Assembly (NCBI RefSeq): GCF_046119375.1
Contig: NW_027362762.1
Location: 716,038,001-716,102,000, forward strand
DNA: 64,000 nt
From: Phyllobates terribilis
Taxonomy: Eukaryota
Direction of reading: 5' to 3'
Part shown: positions 10,301-22,441 of the stretch, one piece after another
Layout: every line of letters begins with the position of its first letter
How positions within the stretch are numbered: position 1 is the first letter of the stretch
Translations under genes and position numbers: made by a program
Notes under the pieces: model-generated
Seen by the model: only the letters and a program-made list of their open reading frames with translations
Databases searched by the model: none
What the model was told of the DNA's origin: nothing

Positions 10301-12828
10301 AGCGCAGGGAGGCCCAAGCTTTCTGGGCCCCCCCCCCGCTACAAATTGCAGTCCGCAGCCACCCCGGAAAATGGCGCGTTCATAGAAGCGCCATCTTCTG
10401 GCGCTGTACCCAACTCATCCAGGGCCCTGGTGCGGTGGCTCACTGGGTAATAAAGGGGTTAGGGCCAGCTTGGCATTATCAGCTGGCCCTAATCCCGAAA
10501 TTCATGGGGTCACGCCAATATTAGACATGACCACCATGAATTTCTAGTAAAGTATTTTAAAAAAAACACAACACCCAGAAAAAAGTCCTTTAATTGAAAT
10601 AAACACACAATTCTTTATTGTTCTAAATTAAACCATACTTACCATCACGCCCATTCCAGCTGAAGCCAACGATCTCCTGAAATAAAAGAAAAATAATAAA
10701 GCAACATCATCCTTACCTTTCCATGGTTCCCATGACAGCTTCAGCTCTGCTACATCGAGATGACAGGCTGGACCGCAGCAGAACGCTGCCATCCAGCCTC
10801 TCATCCCGCAGACACTGAGAAGCGCAGGCTTGCTTGCGCTCCACAGTGTCTCTCTGTGAGGGCATCCAGATGAGCCGAGTTAATGTCCAATGAACTCGGC
10901 TCACCTCATGCACGTCACTGACAGCGTGGGAAAATTCTCCTGCACTCAGCGCTTCAGCGTGGGAGAATTCTCACGCTGAAGCGCTGAGTGCAGGAGAATT
11001 CTCCCACGCTGTCAGTGACGTGCAGGAGGTGAGCTGAGTTCATTGGACATGAGCTCACCTTATGCACGTCACTGACAGCGTGGGAAAATTCTCCTGCACT
11101 CAGCGCTTCAGCGTGGGAGAATTCTCACGCTGAAGCGCTGAGTGCAGGAGAATTCTCCCACGCTGTCAGTGAAGTGCAGGAGGTGAGCTGAGTTCATTGG
11201 ACATGAGCTCACCTTATGCACGTCACTGACAGCGTGGGAGAATTCTCCTGCACTCACCGCTTCAGCGTGAGAATTTTCCCACGCTGTCAGTGACGTGCAT
11301 GAGGTGAGCCGAGTTCATTGGACATGAACTCGGCTCATCTGGATGTCGTCACAGAGAGACGCTGAGCAGCGCAAGCAAGCCTGCGCTTCTCAATGTCTGC
11401 GGGATGAGAGGCTGGATGGCAGCGTTCTGCTGCGGTCCAGCCTGTCATCTCGATGTAGCAGAGCTGAAGCTGTCGTGGGAACCATGGAAAGGTAAGGATG
11501 AGGTTGCTTTATTATTTTTCTTTTATTGCAGGAGATCGTTGGCTTCAGCTGGAATGGGCGTGACAGTAAGTATGGTTTAATTTAGAACAATAAAGGATTG
11601 TGTCTATTTCAATTAAAGGACTTTATTCTGGGTGTTTGTGTTTTTTTTAACTTTGACTATGGGGTTAGTAATGGGGGTGTCTTATAGACGCCTCTCCATT
11701 ACTAACCTGGGCTTGATGTCAGCTGGCATTATAAGCTGACATCAACCCCAACCCTATTACCCCCTGCCACCGCACCAGGGCAGCGTGGAAGAGCGAGGCT
11801 AAGTGCCAGAATTAGCGCATCCTATGAATGCGCCATTTCTGGGGCGGCTGACGGCTGGTGTTTCTAGCCTGGGAGGGGGCCAATATTCATGGCTCCCTTC
11901 CTGGGCTATTAATATCAGCCCCCAGCTGTCTGCCTAGCCTTTGCTAGCTATTAAATTAGGGGGGACCCCACGTCATTTTTTTGGGGGTGTCCCCCATTTT
12001 AATAGCTAGTAAAGGCTATGTATTCAGCTGGGGGCTGATATTAGTAGCCTGGGAAGCTCCGTGGGTATTACCCCCTTCCCAGGCTTCAAACATCTGCCCC
12101 AGCCTTCTGCTTAACCTCCGCTAGAGCCTAAAATTAAGGGGAACCCAACGCCAATTTTTTTAATAATAAATCCTTTATTTTAATACTAAATGACAAGTAC
12201 AGTAACCAACACTATCACTGTACTTCGTATATATGTGGCTGACATGTTTCTATCTATCTAATCTATGTGTGAAGCTCTATTCTGTCTGTTATAAATTGTC
12301 GGGTACAGATGCTGAATTGCCGGCCGGCTTTTTTAAAGAGACGGTGCATGAAAACACTATTATTTTTTTTGATAAATCCTTTACGCTAAATGACAAGTAC
12401 AGTAAGCAGCACTGTCACTGTACTTCGTATATATGTGGCTGACATGTTTCTATCTATCTAATCTATGTGTGAAGCTCTATTCTTTCGGTTCTAAATTGTC
12501 GGGTACAGGTGTATGCCGCTGCTGAATTGCCGGCTTTTCATGTTTCACTGTTGGCACTGTTCCCATCGATTTGGGCAACCACTGTAATGCCACAACCACC
12601 ATGGCTGTGGCATTACAGTGAGTGGCAGACAATCCCTGCATGATTGGTGCTTTAAATAGCGCCAGACATGCAGGACACGCTTTTGGTGCACGAACAGTTA
12701 TCGAACATAACCTCGAACAGCCGAATTTTTTGCAAATCGTTCGGGTTCGTGGAACAACTCGAACACCGCCCAAAACAGCTCGAATTTGAGATTGGCGAAC
12801 AGTTCTAGTCGAACACCGCTCATCTCTA
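7311..12828 (-). mobile_element. 5.5-kb non-autonomous, palindromic (foldback-like) hAT element with 8-bp TSD
   Basis: Imperfect TIRs tagtgttgagc... and ...gctcatctcta. Perfect TSD ctcttaac at 7303-7310 and 12829-12836. 7311-7525 matches the reverse complement of ~34850-35065; the last ~150 bp match the reverse complement of 24297-24445. The interior ~7530-12538 is an inverted repeat centred on 10041. Confidence 0.95.
7526..8110. repeat. Three ~200-bp tandem units in the element arm; homologous units at 76-630, 12170-12520 and 13145-13500
   Basis: ctaaatgacaag recurs at 76, 276 and 476; the same unit appears inverted here. Confidence 0.85.
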
Positions 12829-12836
12829 CTCTTAAC

Positions 12837-15651
12837 TAGAGATGAGCGGTGTTCGACTAGAACTGTTCGCCAATCTCAAATTCGAGCTGTTTTGGGCGGT
12901 GTTCGAGTTGTTCCACGAACCCGAACGATTTGCAAAAAATTCGGCTGTTCGAGGTTATGTTCGATAACTGTTCGTGCACCAAAAGCGTGTCCTGCATGTC
13001 TGGCGCTATTTAAAGCACCAATCATGCAGGGATTGTCTGCCACTCACTGTAATGCCACAGCCATGGTGGTTGTGGCATTACAGTGGTTGCCCAAATCGAT
13101 GGGAACAGTGCCAACAGTGAAACATGAAAAGCCGGCAATTCAGCAGCGGCATACACCTGTACCCGACAATTTAGAACCGAAAGAATAGAGCTTCACACAT
13201 AGATTAGATAGATAGAAACATGTCAGCCACATATATACGAAGTACAGTGACAGTGCTGCTTACTGTACTTGTCATTTAGCGTAAAGGATTTATCAAAAAA
13301 AATAATAGTGTTTTCATGCACCGTCTCTTTAAAAAAGCCGGCCGGCAATTCAGCAGCGGTACCCGACAATTTATAACAGACAGAATAGAGCTTCACACAT
13401 AGATTAGATAGATAGAAACATGTCAGCCACATATATACGAAGTACAGTGATAGTGTTGGTTACTGTACTTGTCATTTAGTATTAAAATAAAGGATTTATT
13501 ATTAAAAAAATTGGCGTTGGGTTCCCCTTAATTTTAGGCTCTAGCGGAGGTTAAGCAGACGGCTGGGGCAGATGTTTGAAGCCTGGGAAGGGGGTAATAC
13601 CCACGGAGCTTCCCAGGCTACTAATATCAGCCCCCAGCTGAATACATAGCCTTTACTAGCTATTAAAATGGGGGACACCCCAAAAAAAATGACGTGGGGT
13701 CCCCCCTAATTTAATAGCTAGCAAAGGCTAGGCAGACAGCTGGGGGCTGATATTAATAGCCCAGGAAGGGAGCCATGAATATTGGCCCCCTCCCAGGCTA
13801 GAAACACCAGCCGTCAGCCGCCCCAGAAATGGCGCATTCATAGGATGCGCTAATTCTGGCACTTAGCCTCGCTCTTCCACGCTGCCCTGGTGCGGTGGCA
13901 GGGGGTAATAGGGTTGGGGTTGATGTCAGCTTATAATGCCAGCTGACATCAAGCCCAGGTTAGTAATGGAGAGGCGTCTATAAGACACCCCCATTACTAA
14001 CCCCATAGTCAAAGTTAAAAAAAACACAAACACCCAGAATAAAGTCCTTTAATTGAAATAAAGACACAATCCTTTATTGTTCTAAATTAAACCATACTTA
14101 CTGTCACGCCCATTCCAGCTGAAGCCAACGATCTCCTGCAATAAAAGAAAAATAATAAAGCAACCTCATCCTTACCTTTCCATGGTTCCCACGACAGCTT
14201 CAGCTCTGCTACATCGAGATGACAGGCTGGACCGCAGCAGAACGCTGCCATCCAGCCTCTCATCCCGCAGACATTGAGAAGCGCAGGCTTGCTTGCGCTG
14301 CTCAGCGTCTCTCTGTGACGACATCCAGATGAGCCGAGTTCATGTCCAATGAACTCGGCTCACCTCATGCACGTCACTGACAGCGTGGGAAAATTCTCAC
14401 GCTGAAGCGGTGAGTGCAGGAGAATTCTCCCACGCTGTCAGTGACGTGCATAAGGTGAGCTCATGTCCAATGAACTCAGCTCACCTCCTGCACTTCACTG
14501 ACAGCGTGGGAGAATTCTCCTGCACTCAGCGCTTCAGCGTGAGAATTCTCCCACGCTGAAGCGCTGAGTGCAGGAGAATTTTCCCACGCTGTCAGTGACG
14601 TGCATAAGGTGAGCTCATGTCCAATGAACTCAGCTCACCTCCTGCACGTCACTGACAGCGTGGGAGAATTCTCCTGCACTCAGCGCTTCAGCGTGAGAAT
14701 TCTCCCACGCTGAAGCGCTGAGTGCAGGAGAATTTTCCCACGCTGTCAGTGACGTGCATGAGGTGAGCCGAGTTCATTGGACATTAACTCGGCTCATCTG
14801 GATGCCCTCACAGAGAGACACTGTGGAGCGCAAGCAAGCCTGCGCTTCTCAGTGTCTGCGGGATGAGAGGCTGGATGGCAGCGTTCTGCTGCGGTCCAGC
14901 CTGTCATCTCGATGTAGCAGAGCTGAAGCTGTCATGGGAACCATGGAAAGGTAAGGATGATGTTGCTTTATTATTTTTCTTTTATTTCAGGAGATCGTTG
15001 GCTTCAGCTGGAATGGGCGTGATGGTAAGTATGGTTTAATTTAGAACAATAAAGAATTGTGTGTTTATTTCAATTAAAGGACTTTTTTCTGGGTGTTGTG
15101 TTTTTTTTAAAATACTTTACTAGAAATTCATGGTGGTCATGTCTAATATTGGCGTGACCCCATGAATTTCGGGATTAGGGCCAGCTGATAATGCCAAGCT
15201 GGCCCTAACCCCTTTATTACCCAGTGAGCCACCGCACCAGGGCCCTGGATGAGTTGGGTACAGCGCCAGAAGATGGCGCTTCTATGAACGCGCCATTTTC
15301 CGGGGTGGCTGCGGACTGCAATTTGTAGCGGGGGGGGGCCCAGAAAGCTTGGGCCTCCCTGCGCTGCAGATTCCAGCCCCCAGCTGCCTAGTTGTACCTG
15401 GCTGGACACAAAAATAGGGCGAAGCCCCACGTACTTTTTTTTTAATTATTTCATGAATTTCATGAAATAATTAAGAAAAAAAGGCCTTCCCTATATTGTT
15501 GTGTCCGGCCAGGTACAAATAGGCAGCTGGTGGTTGGGGGCAGCCCGTTCCTGCCTGCTGTACCTGGCTGGACACAAATATAGTGCGAAGCCCCACGTCA
15601 ATTTTTTTAAATTATTTCATGAATTTCCTGAAATAATTTAAAAAAATTGAA
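12837..15651 (+). mobile_element. Inverted, truncated copy of the 7311-12828 element (mirror of ~10015-12828)
   Basis: Starts with TIR tagagatgagcgg straight after the TSD. Mirrored ORFs have coordinate sums of 25665/25667 (12477-12773 vs 12892-13188; 10713-10913 vs 14754-14954). Homology stops at 15651. Confidence 0.95.
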
Positions 15652-18600
15652 TCTAATCATTGTCATCATCTTTAGGTCAATGAAAATCTGTAGTGATCTA
15701 TGCCTATTTCATTTTGACAAATGTAAGTTTTGCCAAATGTGTAGAGAACAATGTGGTCCACTTGGGAATGACAAAGTCACCTGCTGAATACTCTCTTGAC
15801 ACAGTACAGTATGCTGAAAGCCAGAAAACTGAATCAGTTCTTGCCACTGGTCTAATCTGCTTACTCAAAAGTCCATAGGGTCTTGGCTTAGGGTATCTTC
15901 TAGAGAAAAGACACATTCCAGTTGTGTTGTGAGTCTGATTGTACAGATTTGCATTTCTGTTTGCTGATCTGCGTTAGCTTGGAGCAATGGCTGAAAAATA
16001 TCTTGTCTCACCAGAGATCTCCTGGTGAGACATGTGGCTGCATGGCATCTGCTCATCAAAAGTTTTGCTGAGCAAGAAATACAGCTGATCTAGGTAATGT
16101 GCCAGTTTTGACACCCAATTTTATTTTTTTTCTTTTCCAGGTAGAAGGGAGAGGGGAGAAAACAAAACCACAGAAACGAAAAATTGTCTGGTCCTAAAGG
16201 GGTGAGAGGAGCTTAGCTACGAAACCAAATGGCCAGATGTGATGCTGTTTTTGGAAGAATTCAGCCATTTTTTCAAGATACTGGACAGCCCTTTGAAGCA
16301 GAAATATAGTATAAGAAAATTCATCTTCCTAGCAGAATTTAATTAAATCTGGTGTAAGACATAAGATTGAATATATATTGTATATTACAAACTGAAACAC
16401 TTGAATACAGCTATGTGAAATACTTGCTAGACCATTAATAGCAAACCTAAGTCCAATAAGTTCCATGTTTAGATGTTGAAGGATCAACCTACCCAGTGAG
16501 ACGTACAGTCATCCCAAATTTTTACATTTTATGCTATTTGAGCTTTGTATCAGATTTATGTTCCCTAGAAATTGCTTAGTACATTATAAAGTATGAATTC
16601 ATTTTAATGTACTTCACAGAAAATCAGCCTGGATTTGAGAGCATGTTGTGAATTTTAAAATCTTCAGTATGCTCTATTCTGTTGTAGATTTTGTGCAGGT
16701 TTTACCTACTGTATTGTGAAAAGTGAAATCTGCAAAAATGGACATAGCAATATACTCTATAGTCGGGAACAAATCTTATGAAATATTAATTTGATGGCTT
16801 CGCTGATTTTTCCCAGTGAATTTGATTTACAGGGAATCATTTTTCCATGAATCTCAAAGCTTTTCTCTGATTGTCCTGAGAAAAGGCGTATAGCACTTGT
16901 AAGTTTCCTAAGACTGTGCTGAACTTTTTTTGGGCTGTGTGCAAACACAGACTTAATAATATCCAGTCTCCCTCAATGTATCTATCTGGATGAAAAGGAA
17001 GGTAACCTGATTTTTTAAATTTATGCATTAATTTATTTTTTTAAAACTTTCTCCCCTTGCCAAAAACTGTAATGCAACCCTAAGATGTGATGTTACTAGG
17101 TAGGTATGTGCTTAAAAAATAATTTGCATCAACAGTATTGTTGTGGCACATCCACTCGTTAAATTTAATTATTAAACCAGTTGTAAAACCTTAACCTCTT
17201 TTTATTTTATTTAATTTTTAAGGTATCTTTTCTATGAAGAAAAATGTAAAGTAACCAAAAATAATACTTTGCAAATCAGGTACACGTAGGTTCGCACCTG
17301 GAACTGAAAATACAGCAGCAGCGTGCTGTATGGTTGATACGATTAATAAATTGGACTATCAAAGCAGGTATAAAAAAAATGTAAATGTCCATCATGTAAA
17401 CGATTTAAAAATAAATATAATTGCACCACAGTACTTTCCAAAAAAATAACGGGACAAGAAAAGCTGGTTAGCCTTACGTCCCAAAAGCAATCACCCGCAT
17501 CAGATCACTGTATCAGGGTGGCATGTATGGTTTAAACATTGGACTTCTATAACAAAGAAGTATGCAATAACTTTTATCAACACGCAGTTTGCAAGATATA
17601 TAGCTGATTTTAAATTTTTAAATTCTTGGGATTTGTAATTTGTGCATATGCATATATGTACATGGTTTCACAGTCTATTACACACAAGCCTAGTTTCCAT
17701 AATTCTTCTTTATTAGCAAAATTAGGATGACGGGAACGAAACCGCCCTTTTGGTTTGTAGTTGCAGTGTGTAAAGATTTTAAAAATGCTGTTATTAAGGT
17801 GTTGTTAACCGCTTCCCGACCGCCCACTGTACATAAACGTCGGCGCTGCCTGGGCTCTGTGCAGCGCTGACGTTTATGAACAGTCGGTGGTCCCGCAGCC
17901 CTCAGGACCACCAGCGTCCTGCAAGTGCTGCGGTTGCGGTTCAGAGCGACAGCTCTGACAGGGGACATCATCGGGACCTGATAGGATCAGGTCCCAATGA
18001 TGTTAACACTTTGCTATCTTCTATATGCCGCGATCTATAGTGATCGCAGCATATAGAAGATAGTGAGAGGAGAGGGGGTCGTCCACTTACCTTTCCGACG
18101 GCCCCCTGATGTCTTCCAGGACCTGCCATTGTTATGGCAGCTGGAGGTCACATGACCGCCTCCAGATCTGCCATATATGGTGTCCTGCTGAGCTCAGCCT
18201 GCAACTGAGTCCAGCAGGAGACAGTGTGAAACTGTAAGCAAAGTTCTCATGCAATGTCTTTTGCATTGCATGAGAACAATGATTAGAAAATAAAAATTAA
18301 TGTCCCATACAGGGACTAATTAAAAATGTAAAAAAAAGTCTAAAAAATGTTTTCAAAGTGTTAAAAAAAATCCCCAAATAAATAAAAATAAATTAATAAA
18401 ATATTAAACCAATAAATCCGTATATTTATGCAAAAACAAAAAAAGTACACATATTTGGTATCGCCGCATCCGAAACAACCGATCTATAAAACGTTCACAC
18501 TAATTAACTCCTTCTGCGCACACCGTAATAAAAATAAATAAAAAATGGAGCAAAAAACTATGCTTTTTCATCATATTTCCAAACAAAAAGTGGAAAAAAA

Positions 18601-19476
18601 TGCTATCAAAAAGCAAAATGGAAATAAAAATGGTACCACTGAAAACGTCATCTTGTTCCGCAAAAAAAAGCTGCCATACAGCTCCATCAGCCGAAAAATA
18701 AAAAAGTTAGAGCTCTCAGAATAAAGCGATGCAAAAAAAATATTTTTTCTATAAAAATTTTTTATTGTGTAAAAAAGCCAAACATAAAAAAAATACAGTA
18801 AGTGTAGTATCACTGTAAATGTACTGACCCGAAAAATAACGCTGCCTTATCACTTATATCACACGCAGAACGGCATAAAAAGAAACTCAAAAAACAATTC
18901 CTGAATTGTTGGTTTTTGTTAAATTTACCTCCCAAAAAACAGAATAGAAAGTGATCAAAAAATGTCACGTACCCAAAAATGATACCAATAAAAATGTCAA
19001 CTCGTCCCGCAAAAAACAAGCTGTCAGATGACTCTGTCGGCTGAAATATGGAAAAATTATAGCTCTCACAATGTGGCGATGCAAAAACTAGATTTTGCAA
19101 AAAAAGCATCTCTTAGTGTGTAACAGCTGTCAGTCATAAAAACCCGATATAAATCTGGTATCTCTGCAATCGCACCGACCCGAAAAATAAAGTAATCTCA
19201 TCACTTATACCGCACGAGGAATGGCGTAAATAATAAATAAAACCAATTCTTCACCTGCTACTGATTTAGTTACATAGTTACATAGTTTATAAGGCCAAAA
19301 AAATACAAGCGTCCATCCAGTTCAGCCTATTTCTTGTGCACTGCAGCTATTCCGCAGCGTTGATCCAGGGGAAGGCAAAAAAAAACCCATGCAGTATAGG
19401 CCAATTTACATCATTGAGGAAAAATTCACTTCCCGACTCCAATCTGGCAGTCAGATTAAATTCCTGGATTAATTAA

Positions 19477-22262
19477 CTAAGCATAAGATGTAATATTATT
19501 GTTCTCAAGAAAGGCGTCCAGGCCTCTCTTGAACTCATTAAGTGAGTTGGACATCACCACTTCCTCTCCCAGAGAGTTCCAGAGTCTCACGGCTCTGACC
19601 GTAAAGAATCCCCTTCTATGCTGGTGCAGGAACCTCCTTTCCTCCAGACGCATAGTGTGCCCCTTCGTCTTTGTCACCATCCTTGGTATAAACAGGTCAT
19701 GGGAGAGATCTCTGTACTGCCCCCTGATGTATTTATACATGTTTATGAGGTCTCCCCTAAGCCTTCTCTTTTCCAACGTAAATAGGCCTAATTTTGACAA
19801 CCTCTCTGAGTATTCTAGTCCCTCCATTCCCTTTATTACCTTAGTCGCTCTACTTTGTACCCTCTCTAGCTCCAATATGTCTTTCCTGAGCACCGGAGCC
19901 CAGAACTGTGCACAATATTCTAAGTGCGGCCTTACCAGCGCTTTATACAGAGGAAGAACAATGTTCTCATCATATGCCCCTATTCCTCTTCTGATGCATG
20001 CCATGACTCTATTTGCCTTTGCAGCTGCTGCCTGACACTGGGCACTCCAATTTAATTTGCTATTAACCAAGTCGCCCAGGTCCTTCTCCATGTCAGATTT
20101 CCCCAACGGTTTCCCATTTAATATGTATGGGTGACTGCTGTTTTTCTTTCCCATGTGCATGACCTTACATTTATCGGCATTGAACCCCATTTGCCATTTT
20201 TTGGCCCAACTCCCCAATTTATCTAAATCCTCCTGCAGCTGTGCCCTATCCTCATCTGTATTAACTACTTTACAAAGTTTAGTATCATCTGCAAATATTG
20301 CTATTTTACTATGCAACCCTTCCACTAGATCATTAATAAATATATTAAATAATATAGGGACCAAGACAGACACTTGAGGCACCCCGCTAGTAACCCTGAC
20401 ACACCCTGAGCTTACTCCATTGATAACCACCCTCTGCTTTCTATCACTCAGCCAGCTATTTACCCACTTGCACACATTATCCCCCAGACCAAGCATTCTC
20501 ATTTTAAATACCAACCTTTTGTGTGGCATGGTATCAAACGCTTTGGAGAAGTCAAGGTATACAACATCCACTGACTCTCCCCGGTCCAGCTGTGAGCTCA
20601 CCTCCTCGTAAAAGGCGATCAGGTTTGTTTGGCAGGAGCGATCCCTCATGAATCCATGTTGATATGGAGTTAGACAGTTATTATCATTAAGATATTCTAC
20701 AATAGCATCTCTAAGAAATCCTTCAAACAATTTACCCACAAGAGACGTTAAGCTGACTGGTCTATAGTTCCCAGGGTCACTTTTAGACCCCTTTTTGAAT
20801 ATTGGTACCACATTTGCTTGGCGCCAGTCTAGTGGGACAGTCCCTGTCCATAAAGAGTGCTTGAATATAAGATACAGCGGTCTGTCTATCACATTACTTA
20901 ATTCTTTTAGTACCCGGGGGTGTATGCCATCTGGGCCTGGTGACTTGTCTATTTTGATATTATTTAGGTGTTTCTGAACTTCCTCCTGGGTTAGGTGGGT
21001 GATATTTAGCGGAGGGTTTACTTTATCACTCTGCATTTCCTCCGATAAATTGTTTTCTTTTGTGAAAACAGTGGAGAAGAAGCTATTGAGTAGGTTTGCT
21101 TTACCCTCTTCGCCCTCTATGATTTTACCCAGGTTATTTTTCAATGGACCAACTCCATCAGTTTTAATCCTTTTACTGTTTATATAGTTAAAGAACAGTT
21201 TGGGATTCGTTTTACTTTCCTTGGCAATTAGTCTCTCTGTCTCCTCGTCTCCTCTTTTGCTATTCTTATTTGTTTCTTACAGATTTTGTTTTTTTCCCTA
21301 TAAGATATTAGCGCATCCTCGCTGCCTTCTTGTTTAAGTTTACCGAAAGCCCTTTTTTTGTTTTTCATTGCCCTCTTGACTTCCTTATTTAGCTACATTG
21401 GCTTCCTCCTATTCCTAGCCCTTTTATTCCCATAAGGTATGTACCTTCTACAGTGACTATGTAGGACTGTTTTGAAAATTTCCCATTTTCTATCCGTGCT
21501 CCTATTACTTAAGATACTATCCCAGTCTATAAGGTGAAGGGCATCTCTTAGCTGATCAAATTTTGCCCTCCTGAAGTTCAGTGTTTTTGTGACTCCCTTG
21601 CTGGGCACCCTACTGAAGCACATGTGGAATTGTATAATGTTGTGGTCACTATTTCCCAGGTGCCCTCCGACCTGCACCTCAGTTATTCTGTCTGGCCTGT
21701 TAGTTAATATTAAGTCTAAAAGGGCCGTCCCTCTAGTTGTTTCCTGCACAAGTTGTGACAAATAATTGTCTTTGATAATTGACAGAAACCTGTTTCCTTT
21801 CTGAGATCTACAGCTTTCGGTTTCCCAGTCTATATCGGGGTAGTTAAAGTCCCCCATAATAATCACCTCGTTATTTTTTGCTACTTCGTCTATTTGTCTC
21901 ATTAATAGACTTTCCGTGGCTTCTGCTATATTTGGAGGTTTATAACAGACTCCTATGATAATTTTATTATTGTTTTTTGCCCCATGTATCTCCACCCATA
22001 AGGACTCGACCTCCTCATTTCCCTCCCATGCATCCTCCCATATTGTAGGCTTTAGACACGTCTTTACATATAGACAGACTCCACCCCCTTTCCGACTTCT
22101 TCGATCCCTTCTAAACAGACTGTAACCCTGTAAGTTAACTGCCCAGTCATAGCTTTCATCTAACCATGTCTCGGTTATTCCCACTATGTCATAGTTACCT
22201 GTAGATATTTCTGCTTCCAGTTCATGCATCTTGTTTGTCAGGCTCTTGGCATTTGCTAGCAT
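19477..22262 (-). pseudogene. CR1 ORF2 (APE endonuclease + reverse transcriptase), disrupted
   Basis: APE motifs GITETW, GDFNYPDI, LDLILTN, SDH in 21393-22262; RT motifs YRPVSL, LDFSKAFD, FADDTK in 19477-21144. Visible lesions are a TAG stop at 21393-21395 and an 8-bp duplication at 21239-21254. Confidence 0.95.
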
Positions 22263-22441
22263 GCAGTTTACACGATTTTGTTTTGTTCCAATCTTCTCCC
22301 TGTGGATTGTACTAGAAATTTACTTACCTCCCTTCCAAGTATCTTGTCTTGGACCTTCTTTGTCGCACTTCACATCTTTCATTAGTATGTTCTCTGGTTG
22401 CATGTTCGTGTCCGGCGTTTTTCTTCCCATCCCCTCTTCTT

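Noticed and set aside
12477-13188. Identical 98-aa ORFs on opposite strands (also 669-923, 10713-10913/14754-14954, 9560-9847/15143-15430)
   Set aside because: By-products of the inverted repeat in non-coding transposon ends; no recognisable domain.
19499-20977. + strand ORFs of 60-178 aa overlapping the RT
   Set aside because: Antisense shadows of CR1 ORF2.
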